Shown piece after piece: positions 34,834 to 35,084 of a DNA stretch of 35,084 nt (the first letter of the stretch is position 1; every line of letters starts with the position of its first letter). Source of the stretch: Octopus bimaculoides (Eukaryota). The notes beneath the pieces are model-generated. The model worked only from the letters and a program-made list of their open reading frames with translations. It searched no databases and was not told where the DNA came from. Position numbers and translations under genes: made by a program. The stretch is from NCBI RefSeq assembly GCF_001194135.2, contig NC_068982.1:2533625-2568708 (forward strand), given 5' to 3'.

Positions 34834-35084
34834 CCAAATGCCTTTTTATTTCAATATATATTTTTGCTTGCAATAGCCGGTTGTTTTGGTCAATCGATCG
34901 TATCTCCGGCTGCTTCAAATGCCAAAATATCAAAAACTTTTGTAAATGTAGTACAACGGTTTTGCACGGAATGGTGACAGTATTTTTTCGTTTTCTGAAA
35001 AAGCAACGTTTTGGACGTACAACAAATCGCATAACAGCAACGATATATATATATATGTACATACATATTTGTGTGTGTGTGTGT

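Overview
AT-rich eukaryotic genomic DNA with dense microsatellites and 12 N-gaps. The SINE families and repeat density point to a coleoid cephalopod, most likely Octopus (inferred from recalled repeat families, no search run). No host protein-coding exon, rRNA, genuine tRNA or CRISPR array can be supported. Nearly all long entries in the ORF track are artefacts of N-runs or (TA)n/(CA)n/(AAT)n repeats. The window is mostly decayed mobile DNA: an internally deleted Helitron (~1950-4050), a 5'-truncated CR1-type LINE (~19540-20583), a mariner-derived foldback fragment (~17863-18195), a MULE/Mutator transposase relic between direct repeats (~30250-31497), three Penelope-like element (PLE) coding relics, the 3' end of an R4/Dong-type retrotransposon inside an (AAT)n tract, and about ten tRNA-derived SINE copies or fragments. 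The most interesting signal is four minimal hammerhead-ribozyme-like motifs. One lies in the tail of an apparent tRNA-Arg-headed SINE (22873-24380) whose internal (AAT)n tract was invaded by the R4/Dong element. All ribozyme calls are manual pairings of mutated copies and need covariance-model and biochemical checks.
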